A stretch of DNA of 64,000 nt from Mytilus trossulus (GCF_036588685.1 NC_086376.1:91181630-91245629); one strand, 5' to 3'; positions 38,301-53,400 are shown, counted from the first letter of the stretch. Program-made: numbers and translations. The notes: a model not told the origin generated them from the sequence alone.

Positions 38301-41299
38301 CTGAAAAAAATAAAAGAAAACTATATAAAAGATAGAATGAAGTAATATTTCGACAATAAAAATTATGAACAGCGGATTATTACAATCACATTAATTCTTG
38401 GTCTATTTGACTAGGGACTCTCCGTTTTTTTATTTTCCTCGGAGTTCAGTATTTTTGTGATTTTCCTTTTCTTTTTAATCAATTTAGAAATAATTTGTAA
38501 TCAATGGAAAAGGGTATTAAGAATTATTTATACAAATACAGATCAAATACAAATCGATGCAAATCAAAAGAATAACTTTTAGAAGAGACCGCCCATCTAA
38601 TAAGTACATTGAATTCCATCACTTGTTCTAAATCAATCACTACAAAAATGTTGTAGAACATCAACAATACAATTACAATTGGGACCGTGTGAAGGATTCA
38701 ATGACATTTATAGTTTTTGCTTTATATTTATCACTAATTTAATTAATTTTTTTTAATATGAAATTTTTTATGTGAATTTCTCGATATTTTAATGATATAT
38801 TCGTAAAAAATGTTGACTATAAAATGTTCTTCACTCCCGTAGTACGCCCATCCAAAACATAATACAAATTATGAGTAATAGGTGAAAAGTACAAAATAGT
38901 CAATCTATTTATGTTCATCAATATTTATTTCAGTTTTACGTGATTTTCTCGTTAATTATATTTTTATGAATTTGGTAATAAAAAGTTACAATAACATTGT
39001 TAACTTTATCTATCAATCACTTTTCATAACAAAATTTAGCTTCATTAATTAATTTGTTTACAGACACCATCATGATTTAGCTGACAATTACTGTATGATC
39101 ACGAACAAGTTACATGTGTCTAAGTCGCAACCCCAGCCTCATTTGTCTTTCATGACGTTACTGAATGTGACTTGTCACCGATTTTCGCTGTCAGGAGCAA
39201 CACAACGGTGCCGTTTTTTTTAATCATATTGAGATAAACCCTCATTTCTTTCAAAGGGATTTATGTGGACTTTAACGTTGTGTGTTGAATTTCGTAGTAC
39301 TAATTATATATTAATATTTGTTAGATTTCTGTACAGTCCATCTTTAACGTTGTGTGTTGAATTTCGTAGTATAATTATATATTAATATTTGTTAGATTTC
39401 TGTACAGTCCATAGAAGTAAATGGTCTTGTCTCCTATTCAAGCTCGAACTCTTTCGTTCAGTCATGTTTTAAAGGTAAACAATTTATATGTAAAAGTGAT
39501 TTATATATTCTCGTTCAATTTGGCATTTTGGTGGTATTGCTATGAAGGTATTCAAAACATGATTTCAAAGTTAGCCTAATTTAAAAAACAAATAAACAAA
39601 TACCGACCCCAATGTAATTCCAAAGGAGGAACTCGATACATACTAACGTTATCAGCCAACGGAACGAGTAAAACATAAAATCATAAAAATACTGAACTCC
39701 GAGGAAAATTCAATACGGAAAGTCTCTAACCAAATGGCAAAATCAAAAGCTTAAACACATCAAAGAATGAACATCAACTGTCATATTTCTGACTTGGTAC
39801 AGGCATTTTCTTAGGTAGAAAATGGTTGATCTAACTTGTTTATAGCTAGCTAAACCTCTCACCTGGATAACAGTCGTGTAAAATTCCATTATATTGACAA
39901 CGATGTGTAAACAAAGCAAACAGACGTTATAGGTAAAAATGTCAAAATAGAGGTAAGGCAGTCATGACTAGTAACCAGCGATAAGCCCCGTGAATTTTAA
40001 TGTTCCTTTGGTATCTTTCGCCTCTCATGTGCAAGGAGGATAATCATTTGTACTTAAGAAGAAAGACATAATAAAAAAACCGTTTTGTTTTCCTTAATCA
40101 TGAAACTAACGTGTCTGGATTAAAATGACAAGCGGTATGGCCATTTTTATTATTTATTTCACAGCAGAGACTTTTCCTTTAAGTCTTTGATTTTTGTCAT
40201 ATAAAAAAGTAAAATCACAAAAATACTGAACTCAGAGGAAAATCAATTTGGAAAGTCCATAATCACATGGCAAAATCAAAAAACAAAACGCATCAAAAAC
40301 GAATGGACAAGAAATTCACAGTATTATAAGGTCATAGTGTGTTCTTCGTTAATATTCTAACGACAATTATAAAACCACTTACAATAGTGTAAATGTATGT
40401 CAGAACATATCATAAAATAATAAATACATATACAGAGTTAAAACTTCCATTTTGACAAATTTTTATTGGAGGCATTCTTTACCAAAAACACAATTGATAT
40501 GCAAGTATTTCAAATATTTTCTATTTAATATAAAGTAATTTATGCATTTTGATAAAAAAAAAAAATGTAGTTAAAACAGGCAACATTTTCAAATATGTTA
40601 AAAATCTAACAAATATTATTCAGAAAACATCTTGGTAATGTACGCAAAATATGATTCGCTTAACTCTATTCATGTTATAATGTCAAAATTGTCTTATTAC
40701 CAAACTAACATAAACAAAATGTATATTTCCGTATTATGAATAAAAAATATCCATGGAAGTTGTCATTAAAAAAATCTTGAAGAATCAAGAATAATACGAA
40801 CTATTGATTCAGTAGTATTATGAATGGTACCAGGAATAAATTTCAATCCACAATCAGCGCATTACGTATAGTGTTGGATTTTTACTAGCAGATATGGTGT
40901 ATACATTTTTAATTCATGTTTAAGTTTAAAAATCAGATTTCACATTTAAAAATCTGAAAACTATTCATGAACCAAGGTGCAAACTCCTTTTGACTAAGTT
41001 AACCTGGCATTCGTTGTAATTTGATTTAGTCATAAATATCGTCTCGTATTAATACACTTTCATAAGCTTTTAATTATTTAGGGTATGTGCGTTACTGTCA
41101 AGTATATCGATATACACATTTCAGACGCACAAAATATAGTTTTTTTTTAGAGCCCTTGATTTTAGAAAGTAAATCCGTAAACAAACTTAAAAAAACGCAA
41201 AGCAAAGCAAATTGCTTACATCGGTGTTCTTTTTATAAAAGTCACAATGAAACCTTCTTTATTAAATCGTTGACTTGAATTACCAAAGACTTAACTTAC
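38301..41299 (-). other. Putative 5'-UTR intron of the OpgH-like gene
   Basis: Strong minus-strand acceptor GTTTTCTTTTATTTTTTTCAG|ATA ends at 38301, 79 nt upstream of the ATG. A consensus donor AAG|GTAAGT lies at 41299. The pairing of donor and acceptor is inferred. Confidence 0.5.
39270..39412. repeat. ~71-bp direct tandem duplication
   Basis: CTTTAACGTTGTGTGTTGAATTTCGTAGTA...GTACAGTCCAT occurs twice. Confidence 0.9.
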
Positions 41300-41554
41300 C
41301 TTGCTACCAGTTAAATGAAGGGGTAATAGCTTGCTCAAACGTGTTCATTTATTCAATTCTAAATGATTCCGGTCATCTCCTTATGGGATTGTACAGTAAC
41401 AAAACATCCTTAACTTCCGACTAAACGATACTTTCATTGCTTGATGTCTTATGCCTACGGCGTTCGACTTAATTAATTAACAATTTTTTTTATGAAAAAG
41501 TACAAGGTTGTCTGTTACGTGTTGTCTTGAACTGATTAATTACCTTTCGCTCTA

Positions 41555-41640
41555 AACAAATGACGTACAAGGATATGTGTACATAAGTGAGATATCTGTA
41601 CACAAATATAGTTACTTATCGGGAGGGGGCGGATGAAAAA
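41555..41640 (-). promoter_or_regulatory. Candidate promoter of the OpgH-like gene
   Basis: CRE-like TGACGTA (~41561) and a GC box GGGAGGGGGCGG (~41621-41632) in an otherwise AT-rich region, 260-330 bp upstream of the candidate donor. Confidence 0.25.
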
Positions 41641-44436
41641 CTACCATACCTAATAATTAATAACACATGAGAAATATAATAAAAGTAGTATTTGCACTTT
41701 AATGTACTAAACAAACGTGTGTTTAATATTTTCCCCTATATTACTAACAATTTACAATACTGAAAATCATTCGTTTCGCTGAGATGAGAGAGAAGTTTAA
41801 GCCAATTAATATTTAAAAAAAAACTGTCATCTGATTTGTGTATACATTTAACATTTACAAACTCCTTGGATCATTTTCTGATTCTATAAATTGGCATTTC
41901 ATTTGGTCGTTTCAAATTTTTTTATCAGTCAAATCTTTATTCCGATCAGTGTGAGTTTTCATTTTCACGTAACATCTTTGTCTTCAATCTGATGACACCA
42001 AAATAGTCTGAACTGAAAATTGCAGGTTAAGTTCTATTGGCTATCTTGACATTTGTTTTCTGAGACTTGATTCGCATAACTAGAAATATTTATAGCGCAA
42101 TTTTAACTTTTGAAAGTCGTCAGAATTTTTTATCTTGTTTGATATATTCTAAATAAATACGCCTTTAAGGAAAACTGTCGTATTCCTGACATGGTGAAAA
42201 ATGTTGTAATAAACCCGAATTTATAGCTAGCTAAACTAGTCGCATTAAAATAAACTGTTGGCAGCTATTGCAAAATTGTGTACGCCAGACCTGCGTTTCG
42301 TCTAAAAAGACCTCAGTTAGTGAGAAATATTTATGTAATACATTATATACCATTATTCTCGTAACCGATGTAAAAAGAATTACACAAATATACATTTATG
42401 CATTCAATACAATGTAATTTAAAATGCAGGGTTGAAATTTAATGTGTTTATCCAGAATATCCCAACATATATTTATACATTTTGTTTAGTTAGGACAGAG
42501 TTTTAAAAATTGTTATACAGCGGTATACTACTGTTGTCTTTATACTGCAGAACTGATGTTGTTTATAAAAACCCATAACAAATATATATATATATATATA
42601 TACTAGAAATACGTTTCTGTAAAAGGAGGTGGTTTTTTTTTTGGAATAGACTTTATTAAATGACAAGGTGTTTTTTTACAGTCTTTATATAAATATTTAG
42701 GTTTAATTGATGATTTGGCTAGGTTTTATTTGATTAATAAGAAGATATAAGAAAGTATGTTCTAACTTGGATGCGTCCAAAGCGTTTTTCTGGATTAACC
42801 ATTAATAGGAACGCTTAGATCTATTATTTGAAAGACATTTAAGATTCAAAACAGTTGAAGAGCTATTTTACCAAAAAGGGAGCAACACACATCCATCTAA
42901 ATGCAACTTTGGTCATAAAAAAAGCAATTCAAAATTTCAATGACCAAATTATTTCTAGCTAGTCTGTTAAAGAGTTTATTTGTACTTGATTTTGAGGGTG
43001 AGCATCATAATAAAACAATGCAATATTAATACTCGTTATTAAAAAAATGCGTTATTTCTCCCAATAACTTTTTTTCAATAAACCGGATGTCATGGTTCAA
43101 TACATTCATATCTTCTTTGACTGTCCATGATGTTAAAATACTAAATCCCTGTTGTTGATGTGATTCATAAATGTTTCTCGATTGCCGTTTTTATGTAGAT
43201 TAGACCTTTAATTTGAATGATTTTACACTAGGGCATTTTAATGAGCCCTTTAAAGCTTGCGTTCCGTGTTAAAGACTGTACTTTGACCTATGATGATTTC
43301 CTTTTACAAATTGTGATTTGGATAGAAAGTTGTCTCATTGGCATCAATACCACATATTTTTATATCTGTTTGTTAAAAGGAAAGAAAATACTGTCGGACA
43401 AGTATAAGTTTTTCATTAAAAAATGAACGTGGGCTGGTGTTTTTACCAATACCGTTAATCCTACATTGTTTATTACGGTTAGTTTACGTTATAATGATGA
43501 ATAAATCATAAGAAAAAGATAAATTCCATTCAATTTACATGACTTTGCAGGAGTGATATTTCAGCAAAACAAAGCGTTTCTGAAGTTTATAACATTGCAC
43601 ATCTGCGTCCTACTCATAAAATTGTCGCCAAACTTATAAAAATATGTCAATACCATTTGTCAAATTCGTCCTGCGTTCGGGATCATATTTTAATCTACTT
43701 TCCTTATTGTGTCTATCATGTATTCAAAAATTATGATAAAACTTAAGTCGCGCAGACAATTATACTTATGCTTTGCTGAAAGAAAAAGATCTTTTTGATA
43801 TGATATTGATATAAAGTATATGACTATCTGTATCAAAACGCATGTAATTTTTCCATTATAACCAAAATATTATTTAATAAAACACTGGATGATACTGAGA
43901 TTGTTTATTATTCTTTGTCCGTGTAGTCATTATATACTGAAGAAAAAGGCGTAAGCTTGTCTTTACAATATAAATATATCAAACAAATTATTACAAAACA
44001 AAATCTCAAATCAAAACAATTGGAATTTAAAAAATAAAAATGAAACTTATACTTCATAAATTTGTTGAGTCCGAAATAACCTTTCCTGGATTTAGTTTTT
44101 TTCATATCCCAAAAAGATGAACGATAAGGATTTATAATAACCTTAATATTCGTAGAAGTATAAGGATCACAATGGGCACAAAACATAACATGTGTCTGTT
44201 TAGTTTACGCATCAGTGTCATATATAACGGAATTTGATGAGACCGTCTTACAAAGTGAGAGGTTTAGCGCTATGAAACCAGACACTGTTGTCCATTCGTT
44301 TTTTATGTGTTTTGTCATTTGATTGTGCCCTGTGATTAGGGACTTTCCGATTAGATTTTCCTATGAGTTCAGTATTTTTGTGATTTTACTTTTTTCGAAT
44401 ACATGGACGGTCAACTTTGCTTTATGGAGTGTAAAG

Positions 44437-44461
44437 CTCTCTCTCTCTCTCTCTCTCTCTT
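44437..44461. repeat. (CT)n microsatellite
   Basis: Direct reading. Confidence 0.9.
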
Positions 44462-45957
44462 TAATATTTGCTCTATTTGACCCACATGTTTACTATTCAA
44501 TAAATTAACTGAACGTCGTCTTTTCTCTAAAGAAACCTTCTGACTGAATAAAGTTGCATATGGTGGTTGATTCACCATGTCTTTTTCAGTTTTGATAAAA
44601 TACAAATTCTACAATTTGTGTTTGGTTTTTTTTCTGTCTAGGGTCTGTTGATTCAGAAAATATTTGCAAAGTTTGAACATCGGTAAAATAGTGTAACCTC
44701 AAATCAAAATTATCAAACCACACTTTCTATTTATGTATAGTCCGAGGTTCCTTAAGCTGGCGATATTATATTCCTCCAAAGTAGAGAAAATATAATCACA
44801 AACTTCTTGTTGATATAATGACTTGCACTCTATATTTTGAAATTTGCACATCCACTGTCAATTTGAAAAAAATGCAAATTTGTAATTATCAGAAACGTTG
44901 TAACTGTATACATTATTCCAGAAATAAAGTTTATTGGATAAAGCTTTATAAAAAAAAACCAGATACAGTTTGTAAATTTTTTCTTTTAAGACCTGCTAAA
45001 TAATTGTTTGTCAAATAAACAAAATTAAGATATTGTCTATCTATTTCAGAAAACAATAATTATGATGACCGTAAAGTTATAATCAGAAAAGTACATTGAC
45101 CTGATTAAAATATATGATCCGGAAAATTCTTACTTAACCCTTTAATCTTTCTTAATATTTAGGTGAACCGACTTGGAGTCATTGCACTTCCATGTATTGA
45201 CTGTATGCAGTTAAATAAAAGCATTGCTTTAAATGTTATGGATAACGTAACATACCAATGAGCTAGGCAGGATTCATGATTCCTAGTAAAAAGTGAGTTT
45301 ATGATAAAACCATTTAATGTTTATTACTAATACAAATAATTAATTTACCCCATAATCGAACATGTTAAATAAAACTATTATAAAGAACCCAAGATGAAAG
45401 ATTTGTGATTCTCAGCTTTGGTAAATATAATAATCGTCTTTTGCCAATAATGATACTATTGCTAGGAAACAAAACATAGATGAAACTGATTTTAATCACA
45501 AAGAGCTTTATCCGACCAGTAGTTTCTCTGTGTTTTATAACATATATAGAAGCAGTTAAACATATTAACGTGTCTTTAAAAAACAATTGAGTAAAAATGA
45601 TTCAAATTAATCAACTATAAGCATCAACGTCCATCAAAGAAGACGAAATGTTCATAAACAAGCAACAAGCTTTTAATTGACTTCGTTGTATCATTTTCAA
45701 TATAAAACATAACGGCGTATTCATTTATTTCAAGTAAGAGGAAGTTGACACTAGGGATGTTTATTATTATTTTTGGTTGGAAAACTCAAAAGGTAATATT
45801 CTTTGCGGAAATAACCTTGACATAAAAACTATTAACGATAAACGATAGCAATGACAAACAAGGTCATAGAAATGGTCAGATCAGATCAAATGTAATGAAA
45901 GTTTCATCAGGAAAACAAAAATCAAACAAAAAATTATAAAAAGATGGTAGTTATATA

Positions 45958-46270
45958 AATATCAAAAGTACCAGGATTATAATTTAGTACGCCAGACGCG
46001 CGTTTCGTCTACATAAGACTCATCAGTGACGCTCAAATCGAAATATTTATAAAGCCAAACAAGTTCAAAGTTGATGAGCATTGAGGATTCAAAATTCCAA
46101 AAAGTTGTGCCAAGTACGGCTACAGTAATCTATGCCTGGAATAAGAAAATCCTTTTTAGTTTTTTGAAAATCCAAAGTTTTGTAAACAGGAAATTTATAA
46201 AAATGACCACATGATTGATATTCATGTCAACACTGAAATGTTAACTACTGGGCTGATGATACACTCGGGG
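45958..46270 (+). repeat. Family A copy
   Basis: ATCAAAAGTACCAGGATTATAATTTAGTACGCCAGACGCGCGTTTCGTCTACATAAGACTCATCAGTGACG... Confidence 0.85.
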
Positions 46271-49200
46271 TTAACCTGACAATTTTAAAAAGATTCTTAA
46301 ATAAGTACTAAGTTATGAAGGCAGCATTTTCTTCTTGAAATAGGAGATCCATATGTAACAACTTAGAAATGTGCAGCCTTACGAAAAACAATGGTTGTTT
46401 AGTGGTAATGTGTTATGCGTCTTTTTATTCTTAAGGGCTTACGTTGACTTTGTTATCATTTTGGTATAAATAGCAGTTCATTGTGTAGTAAAAAGCTTAC
46501 CGAAAATAATGTTGGCTCAATGAAACAATTGTTACCCAGTATCTCTATTTATGTTTCCTTCACTAAACCATCTTATTTGTTAGCTTTAACGGAAAAGAAT
46601 TAAAGAGAAGACAGCAAATATTTGTAACTATGAATACTACAATCCAATACTTGTGCCGTTATTTGAATAACCACCTAAGATTGCTGTGCCACTTCCGATA
46701 TTATGTTTTTGTACTTGTATTACACATTACATCATGGTAACTGTAAGTGTACGTCAAGCTGATTGACATGTATTACAAATTCTTAAATATGGTCAAATCA
46801 TTTATGACATGTCAAGTTATAGTTTTTACTTTGGGCGTGACATATGGGTAGACCGCAAAACCATAAAATCTCATAAATGGGAAGTTAAAAACATGGAAAT
46901 TCATTCATCAATAAACGAATTTAATGGTACTTTTAGTGCGTTTTGGATTTAGTATAGAATAGTATTCTTTGCGCATCTTCCTTTCGTAGAATTTTACAAC
47001 TTTTTATCGAAAATTGTATATTTTTTGTCATATATCCTACAGACTATCAACCCGCGATAGTTAAATATAAACCCAATGGGACTTTTGAATTTGAATTTTC
47101 CTTGGGACTTCGGTATTTTTCCGAATTATTAAAAGGTGGCTAACTTATACAGACTTTCAATACAAGAACAACCTAAACTATAGACATAAGGAAAAGTTTT
47201 ATAAGTTAATACAGTTGAATGCACATGGGAATAGCCTTGACATGTTACACAATATATCTCCGATTAAAAGCAAAATACAGCATGCGCATATATATTGTTT
47301 TCATTTAATTGTTCCTTCTCGAAGAATAGGAGTGTGAATTTGAAGCGAACATTATGTCAAAAACCTAGGGATATTTCTTTAATAAAGCAAACATTAATAT
47401 ATATCACCTTCTTATAGATGTTAAATATTTTTAATGTTTAATTTGGTAATAATGCCTTTGTGTTTAATAACGAGGTCAAGCATTTGTAACACAGAATGTG
47501 TCTCTTTTTTAGGTCATAGCTTTAAAGGCTCTAAATGCTATATGTATACAGAGAGAAAGAGATACTAATTATTGCTAACAGGCCTTTTGTAGATGAAACG
47601 CGCGTTTGGCTTACAAAACTATAAGCCTGGTATCTTCGGTGATTTTTTAAAAGCATGTGACTTGCAATAGTGTGTTGGTCATTGTATTGCCAACAATCAA
47701 AGAGTCTTTGATCTCGTTGTTTTTGAGATACTTCAATATACAGGTCAACAACAAGTTTACTGATGTGAATGTTTAATTACTCTCAATTGTAAAACAAAAA
47801 TTTATTTGTTATGAACATAATGACTAGAAATTACATTTAGGGTTAGGACGCAGTTACTGCAGATCCAGGTCTAAATATTGTGTCCCCTAAGGCGATACCC
47901 ATATATTAAGCAAAGTGCGACCGTTTTAGTAGACCTTGTTAAGATTACGAATCTATATTTATGTTTGTAAAGTCCAAAATATATGAGATATGAAATATGA
48001 AACATAACAATTTTAAAATACAGCATATCATGAAAGTTATACGCTTAAATTTACGTGAATGGACTGCCATAAAATAACTATGTATATTTAGTATGTGTAT
48101 TTTGTAGTAATCAGTTTTCAGTTGTGATTTATAATGATAGCGATTATTTGAAAGTCGAATAAATATCTCTGTATCAGGAAGAACTAAAATAAATCGATGT
48201 TTTATATATCATTTATGACATATACTAACAGAATGTTTGTGTGAGATACGAAGGACACAGGCACATGTCTCAGATTTTTTTTCTTCTATATACCTTATAT
48301 AACACGTTATATAAGGGTTTAAAGGAAAATTATGTTTCTGATACTTAAGTGCCTGTGACGAAGGACGTACGTTTTATCATGAATTTCACATAGCGACTGA
48401 GGTGAACAACAAATATATAAAAGCAGAAAAGAAATAGAGTCTAGATTGTGAGCAAAGGTTAACGATTTAAAAGTCTGTTTCAATTTCGATAATAGTGTAA
48501 TTATCACAAACTCTATAATAGATTCCTATTGCTTTATTAAAAAAAGAAGGAAACTTACCATGTTTCGACTTTTGGTATATACTATGCATTTCTCTCAAAT
48601 GTGGATATGGTCTTACAATTTGACATGATTACCCATCAGTTTGATATCACACGTATGTATGTATATTAGTACGCCTTTTGTTGATTAGATCAATCACTTA
48701 TTTATTACCACACCTTTTGTTTTATTGATATCATTGTCATGAGCTAATAGTAATGAAATTTGAGGTTTTTTTGTATTGTATTTCTACGTAGACGGATCAA
48801 AACTCTCCCTATTGATAATAAAGTAAACATAATTGTTTGTTAGTTTTGTGTAGTTTACAATACAAAACCACAGACAGTACATCATATTTACAACATTAAA
48901 CGTTACCAGCCGTGAAGTTAATATTTATAGTATATATACATATTGTATGAATAAAGACAAACAAATATCACTTTATCAATTTCGTGCGTCCTTTTTTTAT
49001 TTTACCTATATCAGGAACGTTACACCCAAACAGTTGAAAGCCGAAAATGAATAAACATCTGAAAACGTAATGATTATTGCAACCAATTAGAACCTAAAAA
49101 TTTTATTCCAATTAGTCTTAGATAAATTTTGTCTGACGGATAATCACATCTGATTACATGATAGCCTTGTGGACATACTGTCCAACAGAAATGGTATTGA

Positions 49201-51044
49201 CCAAGTACTAGTAAATGGGAATAACACTTCATCAATCTGTCGTCCTAAACACTTTTCAAATCTAATATGACAGTTACTATCCATTCGTTTGATGTGTTTG
49301 GGCTTTTGATTTTGCCATTTGATGATGGGGACTTTCCTTTTTGAATTTTCCTCTGAGTTCAGTATGTTTGTGATTTTACATTTTTTCCTTCTTCAAAAAC
49401 CCTTACATCCAGAACCTAAGTCGTGTCATTGTTAGGCAATTTAATCTTGGTCTTTAAATAAATATGTCTGTTTAACTATATAATTTGCTGTTTATGTAGA
49501 GAGACATATTGGCTTTAAAAGTAAGGAATGTAAAGATAGACAAGCGTGATAAACTATTTATAAACCTATATGGAGTAATTTTCATTCAGAACCATAGGTT
49601 ATTCTTTTTCAGAATCAATCCGGACGATACCATGTTTCAATGAATTACGCTCCAAAGCATAAAATAATGTAAGGTCTTTCATTTAATCAATCCTGACACC
49701 CGATGTGTGTTCTACTACAAGAAAACCCTTAAAATATGCATTAGCTATAACATAACCACAAGGTACCCAAACAGAATAGCATAATGTATATATGGTCAAC
49801 TTTGCGAGAGGGAGTTTGCATCTTAGTTTCTCAATGATTTCTTAATTTCTCATCGTGGAATGTAGGAACAGTATGCTATACATCATGTCAGTACAGATAC
49901 ACTGACTTCTGGTCTGAGTTATTTTAAGGAAAAGTGTACAGCTCATTACATCTAATACATAAATCAAGTTCTCTCAAGCTTAAATATCAATCATAACAAA
50001 TCTAGCGAATTACGTTATAAACGTCATAAATAGTCTGAGAATAGGACAACCTTGTGCAATGCCAACATATAAGAAAATACTTTTGACAGGATGTAGAACC
50101 ATAAATTATCATAACTGTATAGCAATGCATATTTTGTAACGTTTTGAATTATTATAAACATAAGAAGTGTTTATACCAATGAAATAATACTTTCATACAA
50201 ATGAAAGGTTTAGCCAGCTATAAATCCAGGTTTATTGCACCATTTTCTACACAAGAAAATGCATGTACCAAGTCCGGAATATGACAGTTGTAATTCATTC
50301 CTTTTATGTGTTTGAGCTTTTGATTTAGCCATTTGCTTATATGGACTTTCCATTTATAATTATTTCTCGGAGTTTTGTAATTTTATTTTTATTTTACATT
50401 TTAAATGATTTAACAAGTCTCGTATATAAAATTGTTGGCTTTATAATCAAAAGTCATTAAAAGATAAGTTGTGATATTTCGTTTATAAAAAGACAGTCGA
50501 ACTTTAAAACAAAATCTTTTAAACTTATGTATCTTCCACTTCAAAAGAGCTACTTCTATATTTTTTACAGGCTTTAGTACAAAGCTTATATGAATTTCTT
50601 TAATAGCAGTACATGAACTAGTTAAACATAAAAGAAAATTAGTTATTCAACACTTACTGTATGGGAGTATTACAGTCGTTTTAAAATATTCCGTGTTAGT
50701 GTATGTTGGTGGGTTTTTTTTGTGCCTCAGATCAATGTTTCTGTTGTTTCGGTTGTTGTCCTCTGATAGTTGGTGTGTTTCCACGGTTTGTTGACCCGGA
50801 TGTTTTTCTCCTTATCGAATGATGACTTTTGAACATCGGTATACTACTGTTGCCCTTTTATTTAATAAAAGCCGCGATGAGACGATATTAGACGGTTGCG
50901 TTAGTCATTGTGAGTGTAGTTTAGGTATATTATACATGCTACTTAGATACAGTCCGATACTTACCTTAATTTTTAAGCCTGAGACAACTATAACATAGTA
51001 GTCTAGGTCTAAGCTGAGATGCGATAATGGCGTCACCATCGAAT

Positions 51045-51156
51045 TACTAGTATAGTGCATCCCTGTAGTGTGGGGACACCAACCAAGTACTAGTATAGTG
51101 CATCCCTGTAGTGTGGGGACACCAACCAAGTACTAGTATAGTGCATCCCTGTAGTG
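51045..51156. repeat. 43-bp tandem repeat, 2.6 copies
   Basis: Unit TACTAGTATAGTGCATCCCTGTAGTGTGGGGACACCAACCAAG. Confidence 0.92.
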
Positions 51157-52907
51157 ATCGATTAAAAAAGTCAATAAAAAAACATATATATAACAAGAAG
51201 AATGAGAAAAGTCATTACACAATAACTTTCAAAAAAAATAACGTCATATTTATCTTTCAAACTTTATATTAAACTATAGCTAAAACAATTTTAATTAGCT
51301 ATCGCGCAAGGGATAATTAAAGTTATCTCTTCGCTTCAAATGTTAACAATACCATCATGGTGTGGTTGTGACACCAATGTCACTAACGACAAAGCAGATA
51401 TTCTTCTTGTCGTAGCATAATTCCGTGTTCCTTCTCTTGTTGCATCACAGAATTCGTCTTATTTCCCAATCGGTTCCGCCCCCCCTTTTTGATCGGACTT
51501 TTTTTTTTTGTAAAATGATTTATCAGACTAAACTTCGTGAACTTTGCCATTTCCCGTGAACTCTAGTTTTTAATTTTTATGCGACAATTCTTTACTTATA
51601 AAGATATTTTTCGCTGGAATCTACTGATTATCAAAGTCATGTGTATGTGATTCGCTATGCCGGTGGAGTTGACCAGTGCGTCGAAAAAAAACGTCGCTCA
51701 GTCATTTTAAAATTCAAATTACAGCAACACATTGCTTAGGCTGACGATGACAATCGCACTTTCCGTGAAAGCGACACAGGATTTAAGCAAGAACGTATTG
51801 ACCTCTATTGCATTATTCCACAAAACAGAAACTAATACTCTATATATGGACTATTACACTCTCATGACAAAAAAAAGTTCAACAGCAGTATTAAACATCT
51901 ACGAAAAACATGTTTAACCTCAAACGCCCCAACCTATTTAAAAATAAGATAGCTGAATAATGATCCCCAGTCACGGTATATATAGGCTCTATATATATTT
52001 AATGTACGAATAATTTGATTTGAGGAGACAGTCTTAGATATTGGAGAAACAAAATTTACTCTGATTTTTGCCTTCCACAAATCTGGTCGTATCTGGATTG
52101 AAAACAATAATCTTGTCCACGTTTTTGCTATTACAAACTAAAAAATCCAACAGAATTATTCAGTAAATGAACATGATATTTAGTATGTTTTTTTGTGGCA
52201 GGAGTTTTTGTGTCTGACCGGCATGTCAGTTTAGCCGAACTGGTGTTTTTAGTACTTTTTCAAGACCACACTGCAACCTGATTGCTAGGTGTGGCCTTTA
52301 TAAAAATGTTTCCCGATTTGTCGGCCGTCAATCATAAATTCTTTGAGAATTCTTTGTCATTTCAGACTCATTCTTAGCCTTTGGTTGATTTGGAACCCCT
52401 CACTTCCCTTAACTTTGTTGGGTGAAACATATCAACCAAACGTTTGGATAGAAACTGCTTGTTTGTCTTTTTTAACTCGTGTCGGTCATATTTCAAATTC
52501 AATCGAATAGCCCAGCGTATATCTTGTTTACAACAAGACATTTGTGAGGTTATGATAACTTATTACTTGCAACAAACCGGCGAGAATTTTCAATGGTCTA
52601 TTTTTTACTAACAAGTTCCTCATCAAATTTATCAGTACATACCTTTGGATCCATGCTATCATTTTATGATAGACAATTAGTAGGTAGAATACAGTACATC
52701 GAAAATATCCAACCCTTACACTTTACATCAACTATGAAAATATATATGCCCCACTTCAGGAACCGTTTCAAAAGTGCATAGAACACATATTTTATGTTTT
52801 TAGCCCAAAAAAGGTCCCAAAAAAATTTGGCCCCCTTTCCGAAATCCTGGATCCGCTCCTACAATGTATTGTGAGTATTTATAAAAGATCAACATCAGAG
52901 ACTGTCT

Positions 52908-53044
52908 TAGTCCAAATAATTATGACGTTTGGCGAGGCTATTTTTATTTTTTTTTCTGGGACGCCTTCCTACGAGTACGACGGTCGTAGGAAGGCGTCCC
53001 AGAAAAAAAAATAGCCTTCCCAGACGTCATAATTATTTGAACTA
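52908..53044. mobile_element. 137-bp hairpin MITE with a 9-bp TSD (AcademH- or MULE-type)
   Basis: TAGTCCAAATAATTATGACGT...ACGTCATAATTATTTGAACTA is almost fully palindromic. AGACTGTCT is duplicated at 52899-52907 and 53045-53053. Confidence 0.85.
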
Positions 53045-53400
53045 AGACTGTCTCTGTTAAAACTAAAGTCATAAATGCATTAAAAATTTATGAAATCTTG
53101 TTTAACTCTTCCGTAATACCAGAAGTCCATGGACTAAACTGTATTTTATATATTTATATATACAGTAGGGCTATATACCTATACGGCTAGGACTATTAGA
53201 CATTTGCGAAAACTTGCATACACCTAAGATTAGGATTACGATTACACTTATAGGTAACATTTAAACTTTGGTCTTCTCAAAGTGTAAATACAAACTGTCG
53301 TTCAAAACAAATGCTACATGTATCTCTTTTATGATGAATTTAAAAGTTGAACAATTGAGTTTTCAAGCAAAACATGTAACCATAATTAACATATTTAATA

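Noticed and set aside
48550-48565. Minus-strand ATG|GTAAGT as a coding first exon of the OpgH-like gene
   Set aside because: Spliced to 38300 it would give only a 7-codon ORF, and the main ORF has an upstream in-frame stop. No other support.
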